Of a stretch of DNA of 48,929 bases, positions 25,111-34,440 are shown piece by piece. Position 1 is the stretch's first letter; each line of letters starts with the position of its first letter. Position numbers and translations under genes: made by a program. Where the stretch lies: IMG/VR virus record IMGVR_UViG_3300025534_000013, positions 1 through 48,929 of that record. One strand, written 5' to 3'. This DNA is from a virus (taxonomy: Duplodnaviria; Caudoviricetes). The notes beneath the pieces are model-generated. The model had not been told where the DNA came from, searched no databases, and saw nothing but the letters and a program-made list of their open reading frames with translations.

Positions 25111-25404
25111 ATGTACAAGCGTCGGTTCAAGACAAGTTTCCTGAAGAACGAATTGGATTTGCCATATTCGGCAATTCACGACGAAATCACTGGCACATCT
25201 AGGTGGAGCATTCATCACAAAATTGTATTTGAACATGAAGGAAAGTATTATCAAGCTTTTTATTCTGAGGGTGCTACTGAATTGCAACACGAATACCCTT
25301 GGGAATTTGAAGATGAAGTAGAATGCATTGAAGTCGAGTTGAAACCTGTGACTGTAATGAAATGGGTGCCCAAAGAGCAACAGGAGGGATCAAATGAGAT
25401 TTAG
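25111..25404 (+). CDS. hypothetical phage protein
   Basis: GGAGAGGTG RBS; SRWS..H..VF...GKYY...YS.GATE.Q motif. Confidence 0.8.
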   Translation: MYKRRFKTSFLKNELDLPYSAIHDEITGTSRWSIHHKIVFEHEGKYYQAFYSEGATELQHEYPWEFEDEVECIEVELKPVTVMKWVPKEQQEGSNEI

Positions 25405-25777
25405 GGCTAAAGTGCACCTAGAATTGTATGAGGATCGTTCTCTCAGGAGTTTGGATTTGGTTGTTAAATTTAAAATGCCCAAAAAGATTTTTAAAGTAAG
25501 ACTTGAAAAAACACTTGTCTTTGACGCCACTAAATACGAGAACTTTTGGATAGAATGTGAGTCGCAATTAAATATTGAAAATTTAAAAAAGGCGGCAAGA
25601 CAAATGGTTGAGGATTATCTTCGTGCCCGCCATAAAGAAGCAAAGAGGACAAGAGTGAAAAATCTTATTAATGAAATTAACGAACAGGGAATCGAAATTG
25701 ATGTCGAATATGAACCGTCTTACAGATTCAAGATCAAGACTGGCGATGAGGTGATAAAAAATGAAAGTGAAAATTGA
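25394..25777 (+). CDS. hypothetical protein
   Basis: GGAGG RBS, 127 aa. Confidence 0.75.
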   Translation: MRFRAKVHLELYEDRSLRSLDLVVKFKMPKKIFKVRLEKTLVFDATKYENFWIECESQLNIENLKKAARQMVEDYLRARHKEAKRTRVKNLINEINEQGIEIDVEYEPSYRFKIKTGDEVIKNESEN

Positions 25778-26198
25778 ATTATCTTCGAGCGAACTGCATG
25801 ACCATGTTAGATCATATTTGAAGGAGCAACACGGAGAGGTTAGCACTGTTAATTGTGAGTTTGGCACATTCGATCTTGACGAGTTCAAAAAATTTTATGA
25901 AAAAAATTACGACAAATCAAGCAACATTCTTCGGAATATGTCCCCAAAACTGTTTTATTTTGCTATTGAATTAAATAGAATGAAACAATTAGAACAAAAG
26001 GAATTTGATCCCATTGTTTCGTCTTTCGTTGAAAACAAATTTAACGTAAAAGTTGTATCTATTAATTATTCAATGGTTCTGCACAATTATTATCAAATAG
26101 ATTCAGCGCTAAAATATGGCGGTCGCATTGACGGAAGCCTAATAGCTGAATGTGAAGTTGAAGAGAAACCAAAAAAAGTTATGTTAAATTTTATTTAA
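25761..26198 (+). CDS. hypothetical protein
   Basis: GAGGTG RBS, 145 aa. Confidence 0.75.
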   Translation: MKVKIELSSSELHDHVRSYLKEQHGEVSTVNCEFGTFDLDEFKKFYEKNYDKSSNILRNMSPKLFYFAIELNRMKQLEQKEFDPIVSSFVENKFNVKVVSINYSMVLHNYYQIDSALKYGGRIDGSLIAECEVEEKPKKVMLNFI

Positions 26199-26515
26199 TG
26201 AAGGCTATGAGAATGGATAAGCGTAAATTGAAGATCGTTAAGATCACTGAAAGAGATGGAGAGACGCCAAAGAAATCACATCCGCACCAAGACTTTTCGT
26301 ATGATGAACTGATCGGAAAAACTTTTGTTGAAGCATATGAAACAAAAGAAAATTCTTCCATGTTTTTATTCAACGTAAATGAGGATGGCGTAATTATTAG
26401 TGATTTGTATCTGCGCACATCATATGTTGTCGAAGTCAAGCAAGACGATAGATCGCTTGTTGTGACAACAAAAAATACTGTGTACTTCTTTGAGATTATT
26501 GAACCAAATAATTGA
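26198..26515 (+). CDS. hypothetical protein
   Basis: TAATG coupling; LRTS.V....TTKNTVY motif. Confidence 0.75.
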   Translation: MKAMRMDKRKLKIVKITERDGETPKKSHPHQDFSYDELIGKTFVEAYETKENSSMFLFNVNEDGVIISDLYLRTSYVVEVKQDDRSLVVTTKNTVYFFEIIEPNN

Positions 26516-26529
26516 AAGGAGCATCCACT

Positions 26530-27111
26530 GTGAAGAACTGCACAAAACATTCAATTGAACGGTGGGTCGAACGTATTGTCGGCATTGTTGATGAAAGGGA
26601 ACGTGCTGAATATATTCGCGCCAACAGCGAGCAAATTAAGGAGCACATGAACAAAACGTTAGATTATTCAAAATTCATTTACAAAGGGCAAATCGGTGAC
26701 AATATCACAAGGCATTACTATATCAAAGATGACATTATTTTCGTTCTCAATACAACAGACGATGCAATTGTTACTGTCTATAAAATCGACTTTGGATTTC
26801 CGCGTGAACTCAATCTTCAGGTCGCCAAAGGTCTTACCAAAGAAATCGCTCGGCTTCTCGAAGAAAAAGAAAAAATCGATATGGAAATTCTTGAAGAAAT
26901 GGACAAGTTGAAACACGAAGTTGAACTGCTCAACGAGCAAGAAGATATCCTTCGTAGACAGCTTAAGATTATTCAAGAAAAACGCAAGTTTGTCGAGGAT
27001 TCTATGAAAAATGTAAATGAGGCATCGAGGCTTATTGAGTTGGAAATCAAAAAGTACACAAACAATTTGGTAAACTCTAAAGAATACAAAGATGATTTAA
27101 AAATGATTTAA
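26530..27111 (+). CDS. hypothetical protein with C-terminal coiled coil
   Basis: AAGGAG RBS, GTG 26530; TKHS.ERW.ERI N-terminus. Confidence 0.8.
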   Translation: MKNCTKHSIERWVERIVGIVDERERAEYIRANSEQIKEHMNKTLDYSKFIYKGQIGDNITRHYYIKDDIIFVLNTTDDAIVTVYKIDFGFPRELNLQVAKGLTKEIARLLEEKEKIDMEILEEMDKLKHEVELLNEQEDILRRQLKIIQEKRKFVEDSMKNVNEASRLIELEIKKYTNNLVNSKEYKDDLKMI

Positions 27112-27134
27112 ATGCTAATGAAAGGAGCAAGTAT

Positions 27135-28427
27135 ATGACAATTGGTCAAATTGTTGATGTATTTAAAAAGCTTCAATCTACATCCAGCAGAACGGAAAAA
27201 GAAGCAATTCTTAAAGCGAACGCCAACAATAATGATTTTCGCAAAATTCTGGAGTTCGTTTACAATCCTTTCATCCTCACAGGCATCAAATCGAAGAAGT
27301 TGCAAAAATTTGAAAAATACTACGATGAACAATTAGCAAAACAATTTGGCGATGTATTTGATGTTATCGAATATGTCACAAAGAACAATTCTGGTCGCGA
27401 TGAAGATGTAAAGGTCGTTGCAAGTTTTATTAACGATCATCTCGAAGAGGACGTTCAGGCTTTTCTCCGTGAGGTGTTTACAAAAGAACTGAAGTGCGGC
27501 ATTACCGCTTCGACAATTAACAAAGTGTACGGAAAGGGAACCGTCCCTGAATTTAATGTAATGCTGGCGCACAGCTACAAAGATCACGGCCACAAGCTGA
27601 AAGGAAAGTTTTATACAACACTCAAATTGGATGGCATTCGATGCATAGCAATTAAGAATGGTAACTCAATTCAATTTTTCACTCGTCAAGGACAACCAAT
27701 TGACGGTCTGGTTGAGATCGAAGAAGAACTAAAGAATATCAGTCTTGTCAACTATGTTTTAGATGGCGAATTGTTGCTTAAACCCAATGGCATGAATAGC
27801 GCTGACCTGTTCCGGGCTACGCAAAAGGTAGTTCGTAAAGATGGAATTAAGACAGGTCTGGACTTCCATGTGTTTGACGGCTTGAGTTATACTGATTTTA
27901 TTTCTGGAAAGTCCGAGTTAACCTACGAGGAACGGCGAAAAGTCCTCGCCAACATGGTCTTTTGCACCGATTACAAGCATATTAAGCATTTACCTGTTCT
28001 GTATGAAGGTGAAAATAAAGAAGTAATTAGCGATCTTCTCGAAAGGATAACTGCCGAAGGGCATGAAGGTTTAATGATCAATACGGCGGATGGATTTTAT
28101 GTCACAAAGCGTACTGATGCACTGTTGAAAGTCAAGGAGATGTACACCATCGATCTGAAGGTTGTTGGGTATGAAGAAGGCACCGGCAAATATAAAGGCA
28201 CGCTCGGAGCGCTGATTGTTGATTACAAAGGCAATGAGGTCAATGTTGGCTCTGGTTATACAGACGAAGATCGATCTATGATCTGGTCTATGCGTGACGA
28301 AATCATTGGACGTGTAATCGAAGTTCAATATTTTATGGAAAGCAAAAATGAAAACGGGGGAATTTCTCTTAGATTCCCTGTATTTAAACAACTACGGGAA
28401 GCCGGGAAAGAAGTGAGCTACGACTGA
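27135..28427 (+). CDS. lig: ATP-dependent DNA ligase
   Basis: KLDGIR motif I, LDGEL, FHVFD, EGLM, LLKVK, VGSG, LRFPVF. Confidence 0.95.
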   Translation: MTIGQIVDVFKKLQSTSSRTEKEAILKANANNNDFRKILEFVYNPFILTGIKSKKLQKFEKYYDEQLAKQFGDVFDVIEYVTKNNSGRDEDVKVVASFINDHLEEDVQAFLREVFTKELKCGITASTINKVYGKGTVPEFNVMLAHSYKDHGHKLKGKFYTTLKLDGIRCIAIKNGNSIQFFTRQGQPIDGLVEIEEELKNISLVNYVLDGELLLKPNGMNSADLFRATQKVVRKDGIKTGLDFHVFDGLSYTDFISGKSELTYEERRKVLANMVFCTDYKHIKHLPVLYEGENKEVISDLLERITAEGHEGLMINTADGFYVTKRTDALLKVKEMYTIDLKVVGYEEGTGKYKGTLGALIVDYKGNEVNVGSGYTDEDRSMIWSMRDEIIGRVIEVQYFMESKNENGGISLRFPVFKQLREAGKEVSYD

Positions 28428-28627
28428 TGAGGCCGGAAATGCGTCCAATTAGATTGAAGATACTGGCAGAAATTGATGAGTTAACAGACAACCATTGTAA
28501 ACCTTGTGCCACTCGTAAGTATTTTGATGACCGTAAGGATTTGACCGGACTACATCATGCATGTTTGGCTTGTCCAATTAGCGAAAAACTAAGAAAGTGC
28601 GGAGAAAAACTTTCAAAAGCAATATAA
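28427..28627 (+). CDS. small zinc-finger protein (zf-C2HCIx2C-like)
   Basis: EIDELTD.HCKPC...CLACPI..KL..CG..L. Confidence 0.75.
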   Translation: MRPEMRPIRLKILAEIDELTDNHCKPCATRKYFDDRKDLTGLHHACLACPISEKLRKCGEKLSKAI

Positions 28628-28629
28628 AT

Positions 28630-28720
28630 GCAAAAGAAAGTATTGCAACTGAGTTAAAGATGTGATAATATAATTGATGCAAGAGAGGTTATTCAATAAC
28701 TTTCTCGGAGCCAAAGAAAG
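28630..28720 (+). promoter_or_regulatory. probable promoter region with two GC(C/A)AAAGAAAG boxes
   Basis: GCAAAAGAAAG 28630, TTGCAA, 17 bp, (TG)nTAATAT; GCCAAAGAAAG at 28710. Confidence 0.55.
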
Positions 28721-28745
28721 TACTAAATAAATGGAGGTATGTGGA

Positions 28746-29468
28746 GTGGAACAACGTAAACGGAAGCGCTACTACAAGAATGGAGAAACGGTGTGGGTGA
28801 AATCAGAAAAGGCACTTGGGAAGATCAAAGAACTGAACATCAAACCGGAAGAGCAAGTTTACGAAGCTCTGGTTGAAATCATTGAAGGAGAACAAAAGGG
28901 CGCAACCCTGAAGCTGAATTTGTGGGAAATTGACAAGAACAAGCGTAAACCGAAGAAGGTGGCTGCCAAAGGCCAAAAAATCCCTACCATCCTGTTCGCA
29001 AAGGTTCGTCCTACAGCGATCATCCCGTCGAAAGAGGCAGAAGATGCGGGCTACGACATTTATGCAGACTTCGAAGAATCCTTTATTCGGATCGAGCCGC
29101 ATGAAACGAAGCTTATTCCGACAGGCATCGCGGCCAGCGTACTTTCGGACTGGTGCTTGATTGTGAAAGAACGCGGTTCTACTGGCTCTAAGGGTATGGC
29201 CGTCCGAGCAGGGGTTGTTGATAGTTCGTACCGTGGCGAAATCTTTGTTGCCCTCACGAACGAAAACAATAAGCCGCTCTACATTACGAAGGATTATTCT
29301 GAAGTTATCGAAGGCGGCGAAGGGATTGTGTACCCGGCAAGCAAAGCGATTGCTCAACTGCTTCTTGTGGCAGTCCCGAAGGCTAAGACGAAGGAGATCA
29401 CTTACGAACAACTGCAAGCGATCCCGTCGAAGCGTGGAACGGGCATGCTCGGCTCTTCTGGCAAGTAA
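28746..29468 (+). CDS. dut: trimeric dUTPase with ~80-aa N-terminal extension
   Basis: DAGYDI, ERGS, AGVVDSSYRGEI, AIAQ, RGTGMLGSSG (motifs 1-5). Confidence 0.93.
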   Translation: MEQRKRKRYYKNGETVWVKSEKALGKIKELNIKPEEQVYEALVEIIEGEQKGATLKLNLWEIDKNKRKPKKVAAKGQKIPTILFAKVRPTAIIPSKEAEDAGYDIYADFEESFIRIEPHETKLIPTGIAASVLSDWCLIVKERGSTGSKGMAVRAGVVDSSYRGEIFVALTNENNKPLYITKDYSEVIEGGEGIVYPASKAIAQLLLVAVPKAKTKEITYEQLQAIPSKRGTGMLGSSGK

Positions 29469-29488
29469 GACAAATGCCAAATAAAGTA

Positions 29489-29520
29489 GTTCAGGTGGGA
29501 TGTAATTGTCCCGCCTGAAC
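29489..29520 (+). terminator. hairpin downstream of dut
   Basis: GTTCAGGTGGGAT/GTCCCGCCTGAAC stem. Confidence 0.55.
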
Positions 29521-29598
29521 ATAATAATGATAATTTCACTTAATCAGACACAAGTGGATTAATGGTAGAAGGCAGATCACAGGAGGCTGTAAAGGCCG

Positions 29599-29724
29599 AT
29601 GAAAATTAAAAGCATCGAAGGCTATGTGCTTTTCCCGGCAACTTTCATGTTTGGGATCAGCTTCACGGAGGAAAGTATCGAAATTTTTCTAGGCCTTGTA
29701 GCACTCAGCGTCAAATACGGCTGA
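29599..29724 (+). CDS. small hydrophobic protein (41 aa)
   Basis: AGGAGG upstream; MKIKSIEGYVLFPATFMFGISFTEESIEIFLGLVALSVKYG*. Confidence 0.5.
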   Translation: MKIKSIEGYVLFPATFMFGISFTEESIEIFLGLVALSVKYG

Positions 29725-29761
29725 GACGTGACATTAAAACATTAAATATGAGGTGATACGT

Positions 29762-30070
29762 ATGGCTACAACGACGATCACACAACAAACCAAACGGCAA
29801 TCGTACAAAGAAGTGAAGAAAACAATCGCTCCTCGTCAAGAGCTTGTGTTGAACAAGCTGAGACGGTTCAAAGAAGGATGTACGGCGAGCGAACTTGCAA
29901 TGGACATGTTTGTGAAAGGGCAGATTCCTAGTCCAGATCGCAATTATGTTCATCCGCGACTCAATGAATTGGTCGCAATGGAATATGTTGAGATCGTAGG
30001 GAAAAGGACGTGCTTAATTACAGGCAAAACCGTTGCGATTTACAAAGTAAAGGAGATCGCAAATGGCTAG
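29762..30070 (+). CDS. winged-helix DNA-binding protein
   Basis: RQ..VL..L....G.TA.ELA......RN.V.PRL.EL...VE..GKR.C..TG. Confidence 0.75.
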   Translation: MATTTITQQTKRQSYKEVKKTIAPRQELVLNKLRRFKEGCTASELAMDMFVKGQIPSPDRNYVHPRLNELVAMEYVEIVGKRTCLITGKTVAIYKVKEIANG

Positions 30071-30326
30071 ATTCACTGTTAAATCAAGAAGCCGAATTGT
30101 CGCTCGGTTTTCAATGAAAGAGATGAATACTCTTACTATTGCCCTTGCACGTCTGAGTATTCCCGACATGGAAGATGAGTGCAAGGAGCAAGGACTGGAT
30201 TTTAGTCAAGTTGAATATGATCATCTAACCTTATTCAAGCAATTTACAGACGTAACAAATCTTTACCCTCAAAAACAATTAGAAACTCCAAAGGGTGAAG
30301 ATTCTTTGGAGGACGAGAATAGATGA
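30063..30326 (+). CDS. hypothetical protein
   Basis: AAGGAG RBS, 87 aa. Confidence 0.75.
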   Translation: MARFTVKSRSRIVARFSMKEMNTLTIALARLSIPDMEDECKEQGLDFSQVEYDHLTLFKQFTDVTNLYPQKQLETPKGEDSLEDENR

Positions 30327-30526
30327 AGCTGTGTAATACTTGCGGTGGACTTGGCGAAGCACACGGCGACATTTGCCCTGATTGTGACGGCGAAGGTGTA
30401 AGCAACGCAGGAACATTTACGGTTGGTAGAGTTCGTCGCAGCAAAACAGTAGATATGGAGATTGAAGAGCGAAAAATCAAAATAGACAAGAAGAACGCAA
30501 AGCGAACGATTCAAGGGGATGTTTAA
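30323..30526 (+). CDS. small protein with DnaJ-type CxxCxGxG zinc motifs
   Basis: CNTCGGLG...CPDCDGEG. Confidence 0.75.
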   Translation: MKLCNTCGGLGEAHGDICPDCDGEGVSNAGTFTVGRVRRSKTVDMEIEERKIKIDKKNAKRTIQGDV

Positions 30527-30527
30527 T

Positions 30528-30674
30528 ATGGTGTTTTACATCATGTTTTTTGTAGTCCTGATATTCGTTTGGTTATTTCTTGTCGGGGCAAAAGCTCACG
30601 ACAAAGTGATCAAAAAGGTAGAAAAGTTTAAAAATGAAAATCTCAAGGAAATGACGGAGGAGAATCCTGAATGA
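30528..30674 (+). CDS. small membrane protein (48 aa)
   Basis: AGGGG RBS; MVFYIMFFVVLIFVWLFLVG..., overlaps the SPFH start. Confidence 0.65.
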   Translation: MVFYIMFFVVLIFVWLFLVGAKAHDKVIKKVEKFKNENLKEMTEENPE

Positions 30675-31495
30675 GCAAGCGATCTATTGGCGCAATTTCT
30701 CTTGGTGTCATCATCGTTATCGTTGGCATTATTTTGCTAATGTCTATGGAGACAATTCAACAAGGCCATGTGGGTGTTATTTACAATCGTAATGGCGGTG
30801 TGGAGTCTAAAACGCTCGGACAAGGCACACATTTCATCAGCCCGCTGCAACGGGTAACACAGTATCCTGTTGCGCTCGAAACCGTTGAATATACTGATGT
30901 TCAATTGGCAACGAAGGATGGCAAGCCGCTTACAGTCGATATGACGTTCAACTACATGAATGATCCCGACAGGGTAGTTGAAATCTTCAACAAATTCAAA
31001 GGAGCTAAACCTAGTGTGATCGAACAAGGGTTCATCTTCTCGCGTATCAAAGAGGCCGCTCTTTCTGTTACGTCTAAATATACAATTCTCGAAATCTTCC
31101 AGAATCGTGAAGCAATCAGGGAAGAAATTGCAAAGAAGTTTACCGAGGATATGAAGGAACAAGGGTTTACTGTCACGGATTTTGTACTCGGTACTCCTAC
31201 GCCTGACGAAAATACGGCGAAAGCTATTCAAGCGGTTGTCGATGCACAACAAGCTCTTGAAGCTCTGAAGATTGAAACCCAAAAAGCCAAAGAAATTGCA
31301 GAGAAGAAATACATTGAAGCAAAAGGTGAAGCGGATGCCGCCATTGAACGTGCGAGAGGTGAAGCAGAAGCAAACCGCATCCTTTCTCAGTCCATCACGC
31401 CGGAATTGCTGAAAAAGATGGAAATGGAAGCTCGCATTCAACACGGTTGGGTAGAAGTTCAAGGCGCAGGCGCAGTTGTTACCACGAAAGAATGA
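30671..31495 (+). CDS. SPFH/band 7 (prohibitin-like) membrane protein
   Basis: N-terminal transmembrane segment, GHVGV, TKDG, coiled coil EAKGEADA..ARGEAEANR. Confidence 0.92.
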   Translation: MSKRSIGAISLGVIIVIVGIILLMSMETIQQGHVGVIYNRNGGVESKTLGQGTHFISPLQRVTQYPVALETVEYTDVQLATKDGKPLTVDMTFNYMNDPDRVVEIFNKFKGAKPSVIEQGFIFSRIKEAALSVTSKYTILEIFQNREAIREEIAKKFTEDMKEQGFTVTDFVLGTPTPDENTAKAIQAVVDAQQALEALKIETQKAKEIAEKKYIEAKGEADAAIERARGEAEANRILSQSITPELLKKMEMEARIQHGWVEVQGAGAVVTTKE

Positions 31496-31498
31496 GCT

Positions 31499-31536
31499 AT
31501 AAGCCCATCTGGATTATAACAGATGGGCTTATTTTT
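31499..31536 (+). terminator. rho-independent terminator
   Basis: ATAAGCCCATCTG/CAGATGGGCTTAT plus TTTT. Confidence 0.8.
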
Positions 31537-31563
31537 GAGATCAGCATAGAGGTGATGTGATAC

Positions 31564-32409
31564 ATGGGTCAATACGACCTTGTTTATCGCGATCTTGTTA
31601 AAGATATTCTTGAAAATGGCGTTTGGGACAAAGATCAAAATGTTCGCACCAGATGGGCAGATGGGACACCTGCATACACAAAAAGCGTCATTTCAAAACA
31701 GTTATTTTTCGATGGTACTGAGGTTCCAATTCTGACGACGAAAAAGGTTGCGTGGAAATCGGCCATTCACGAATTGTTGTGGTTCTACGTCAAGCGTACT
31801 AACGATGTTACTTACCTTAAAGAAAATAACGTGAAAATTTGGGACGAATGGACAAGGTTAGACGGAACGATTGGAAGAGCATATGGTTATCAGCTTGGCA
31901 AGCTGGTTCCGATTCACAGGAATGGCGAACGAGTTCTTACGAATCAAGTTGAGCAATTAATTTGGAGTTTAAAGAATGATCCTGCTTCACGTCGTCACAT
32001 CATTTCACTTTGGAACATCGATGATTTGTGGGATATGCCGTTGTATCCTTGCGTTTGGCATAATCAATGGCTTGTTAAGCAAGGGAAACTTCATCTAATT
32101 GTGGGTGTTAGGTCGAACGACGTTGCTCTCGGCCAGCCATTTAATGTGTTTCAGTATTATGTTTTGCAACGGATGATTGCTCAAGTTACTGGTTATGAAA
32201 TGGGAACCTTGACATTCAACATCAATGATGCTCATATTTACGAGCGGCACATTGATGCAATCAGTGAACAAATTAGCAGAAATCCGCATAAAGCACCGGA
32301 ACTTTGGATTAATCCAGAAGTAAAGAATTTTGATGACTTTACAATTAACGATTTCAAACTTATCGATTATAAGCACCATGAACCAATTTCATTTGAGGTG
32401 GCTATATGA
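31564..32409 (+). CDS. thyA: thymidylate synthase
   Basis: PILTTKK, IWDEW, YGYQ, SRRHI..WN, LYPC, RSND..LG.PFN, HIYERH. Confidence 0.97.
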   Translation: MGQYDLVYRDLVKDILENGVWDKDQNVRTRWADGTPAYTKSVISKQLFFDGTEVPILTTKKVAWKSAIHELLWFYVKRTNDVTYLKENNVKIWDEWTRLDGTIGRAYGYQLGKLVPIHRNGERVLTNQVEQLIWSLKNDPASRRHIISLWNIDDLWDMPLYPCVWHNQWLVKQGKLHLIVGVRSNDVALGQPFNVFQYYVLQRMIAQVTGYEMGTLTFNINDAHIYERHIDAISEQISRNPHKAPELWINPEVKNFDDFTINDFKLIDYKHHEPISFEVAI

Positions 32410-32903
32410 TAGCGACAAAAATTTTTATTATAGTGGCTATGGATCATAATAACGCAATTGGCAAAGAAGGCAAACTTCTTTGCCAATTAAAAGATGACAT
32501 GGGATTATTCGTGGCTGCGACAATGGGAAATGTTGTTATTATGGGTAGAAAAACATTTGAAAGTATCGGTAGGCCTTTGATGGGGCGAACCAACATCGTT
32601 CTTTCCAGAGATAGTTCCTATCGTCCAGAAGGGGTCGTAGTTTTACATTCTGTTGAACAGGCTTTGGAGTGGGTTAAAGCTGCAAAGACAGATGTTTTTA
32701 TTATTGGTGGAGCCGAAATTTATAAACAATTTATGCCTCACGCAACAATGATGTTTGTCTCTCGAATTGACAATGTTTTCGATAATGCAGATGCATTTTT
32801 TCCTCAAGTCGATTGGAACGAATGGGAACTTCTTGGAAGCAGATTTTTTGAAAAAGGTAACCGTAATGAATATCCGTTCACCTTTCAAATGTATATGCGT
32901 TAA
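32406..32903 (+). CDS. folA: dihydrofolate reductase
   Basis: IVA....IG..G.L, MGRKTFESI.RPL.GRTNIVLS, IIGGAEIY, DAFFP. Confidence 0.96.
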   Translation: MIATKIFIIVAMDHNNAIGKEGKLLCQLKDDMGLFVAATMGNVVIMGRKTFESIGRPLMGRTNIVLSRDSSYRPEGVVVLHSVEQALEWVKAAKTDVFIIGGAEIYKQFMPHATMMFVSRIDNVFDNADAFFPQVDWNEWELLGSRFFEKGNRNEYPFTFQMYMR

Positions 32904-32912
32904 TCGCTTTTC

Positions 32913-32941
32913 TTGACAAATGCCAACGAAAGTATTATTCT
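32913..32941 (+). promoter_or_regulatory. sigma-A promoter with GCCAACGAAAG box in the spacer
   Basis: TTGACA, 17 bp, TATTCT; box at 32922-32932. Confidence 0.75.
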
Positions 32942-32972
32942 AATAACATAAAGCATTTCCTCGGAGGTCAAA

Positions 32973-33257
32973 ATGAATAAAAGAAAGGAATACCATTTGT
33001 CAAAATTTTTCGCATTGATTCTCCGACATCAAGCTATCCAGTTTGGGCTTACGCCGGACGAACATCATTTCGTCTCCCTTAACCAATTTATTGATGTCGT
33101 GAAAGAAAAATATGAGGGTGTTATTACAACTGATGAAATTCTCTACGTACTTCAAACAAACAAGAAAAGTGGGCACAACAGATTTCAAATCGTCGACGGA
33201 AGAGTAAGAGCAACATTTAATCACACATTAAATAAGGAGAAAGGGGAGTTAAAATGA
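32973..33257 (+). CDS. KptA/Tpt1 (RNA 2'-phosphotransferase) N-terminal-lobe-like protein
   Basis: LSK....ILRH...FGL..D...FV, RF...DGRVRA...H; only 94 aa. Confidence 0.7.
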   Translation: MNKRKEYHLSKFFALILRHQAIQFGLTPDEHHFVSLNQFIDVVKEKYEGVITTDEILYVLQTNKKSGHNRFQIVDGRVRATFNHTLNKEKGELK

Positions 33258-33556
33258 ATTTCTTGATTTTTTGGGCTTCGTCAACAATCATTTGTTTCTT
33301 TTTAATTGCGCTCTTATTTAATATTGATCATTCGTTCAATGAAGGTAGATTTAGAAAGGAACTTTTGGTAGATGCTGAACTCTCATGGGCAACGATAGTT
33401 GTACCCATTCTCATTCCCATGTTCAATATTATCATCTTTTTGATAGGTGTTATAGGCTTCTTGTTTAATTGTCATGAAAGTAGATCGTTGAAAGATGGAG
33501 TGAAAAAAAACGAACAAATGATTAAGAAAATTTTTTTCATAGGAGGAAAAAAGTAA
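33254..33556 (+). CDS. hypothetical membrane protein
   Basis: GGGGAG RBS, two hydrophobic segments. Confidence 0.75.
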   Translation: MNFLIFWASSTIICFFLIALLFNIDHSFNEGRFRKELLVDAELSWATIVVPILIPMFNIIIFLIGVIGFLFNCHESRSLKDGVKKNEQMIKKIFFIGGKK

Positions 33557-33557
33557 T

Positions 33558-34172
33558 ATGAGCATGGCTGCACATTACGAACAAGAGCAAGTTTACAGCT
33601 ATATTCAAGTAAACAGCGGAAAGCACTTCTACGTTCTTAATCCACGTCCAGAGGACATTACAATTAACGATATTGCTCATTCATTGTCCAATCTTTGCCG
33701 TTTTACAGGCCACGGAAATCGCTTCTACTCCGTAGCTGAACACTCTATTCATTGTGCAAAAGTTGCAAAATTGCTTGGATTCTCCACTCTTCAACAATTG
33801 TATTGTCTGCTTCATGATGCCAGTGAAAGTGTAATGAATGATTTGGCCCGTCCTGTGAAGCAAAATATCCCGCAGTACAAGAAAATTGAAGATGCCGTTA
33901 TGAATGTCATGTGGGAAGTTGCTGGCGTACCAAAGCCAACAAAAGAAGACTACGAGCTTGTAAAATTGGTTGACAACACGCTGTTGATTAATGAGATGAA
34001 CCAATTAATGTCGGGTTCATATGACGAATTGGACATCGAACACAAAGATGTTTTCGTTGACCTTTCTGTTGGTTTTGGCGCAGGCGAAGCAAAACAACCG
34101 TTTCTTGAATTGTGGGCGTCTCTAACTAAAGAATATTACAATCAGCAGTTTAGAGAAATATGTGGGGAGTGA
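33558..34172 (+). CDS. HD-domain phosphohydrolase (YfbR/YfdR-like deoxynucleotidase)
   Basis: DIAHSLS.LCRF.GH, YSVAEHS, LLHDASE, D..RPVK. Confidence 0.88.
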   Translation: MSMAAHYEQEQVYSYIQVNSGKHFYVLNPRPEDITINDIAHSLSNLCRFTGHGNRFYSVAEHSIHCAKVAKLLGFSTLQQLYCLLHDASESVMNDLARPVKQNIPQYKKIEDAVMNVMWEVAGVPKPTKEDYELVKLVDNTLLINEMNQLMSGSYDELDIEHKDVFVDLSVGFGAGEAKQPFLELWASLTKEYYNQQFREICGE

Positions 34173-34174
34173 TG

Positions 34175-34423
34175 ATGACAATGGCGCATCGCACGTCAAA
34201 AAAAGAGGCTGTTGATCTTATTGCTTATTGTGCGCTCGCATGTATGACCAAGAAAGGGAGAGAGGCTCTTCAAAAGGTTTTTAGCAAAGAAGAATTTGAA
34301 ACAATGTTGAGAACAGTTGATAAGATGTTTGACAATGACAACCAAAAGTTGGAACGGTTTATTATCGACAGAATCAAAAAGCTTAAGACGAAATTTAACA
34401 GCAACGACAAAAATGCTAATTAA
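34175..34423 (+). CDS. hypothetical protein
   Basis: GGGGAG RBS; start codon uncertain (34172/34175/34181). Confidence 0.7.
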   Translation: MTMAHRTSKKEAVDLIAYCALACMTKKGREALQKVFSKEEFETMLRTVDKMFDNDNQKLERFIIDRIKKLKTKFNSNDKNAN

Positions 34424-34440
34424 AGTTCAGGGGGATATAT

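Noticed and set aside
28803-29522. 239-aa ORF antisense to dut
   Set aside because: Shadow ORF over a motif-complete dUTPase
30737-31462. 241-aa ORF antisense to the SPFH gene
   Set aside because: Shadow ORF with no independent coding signal
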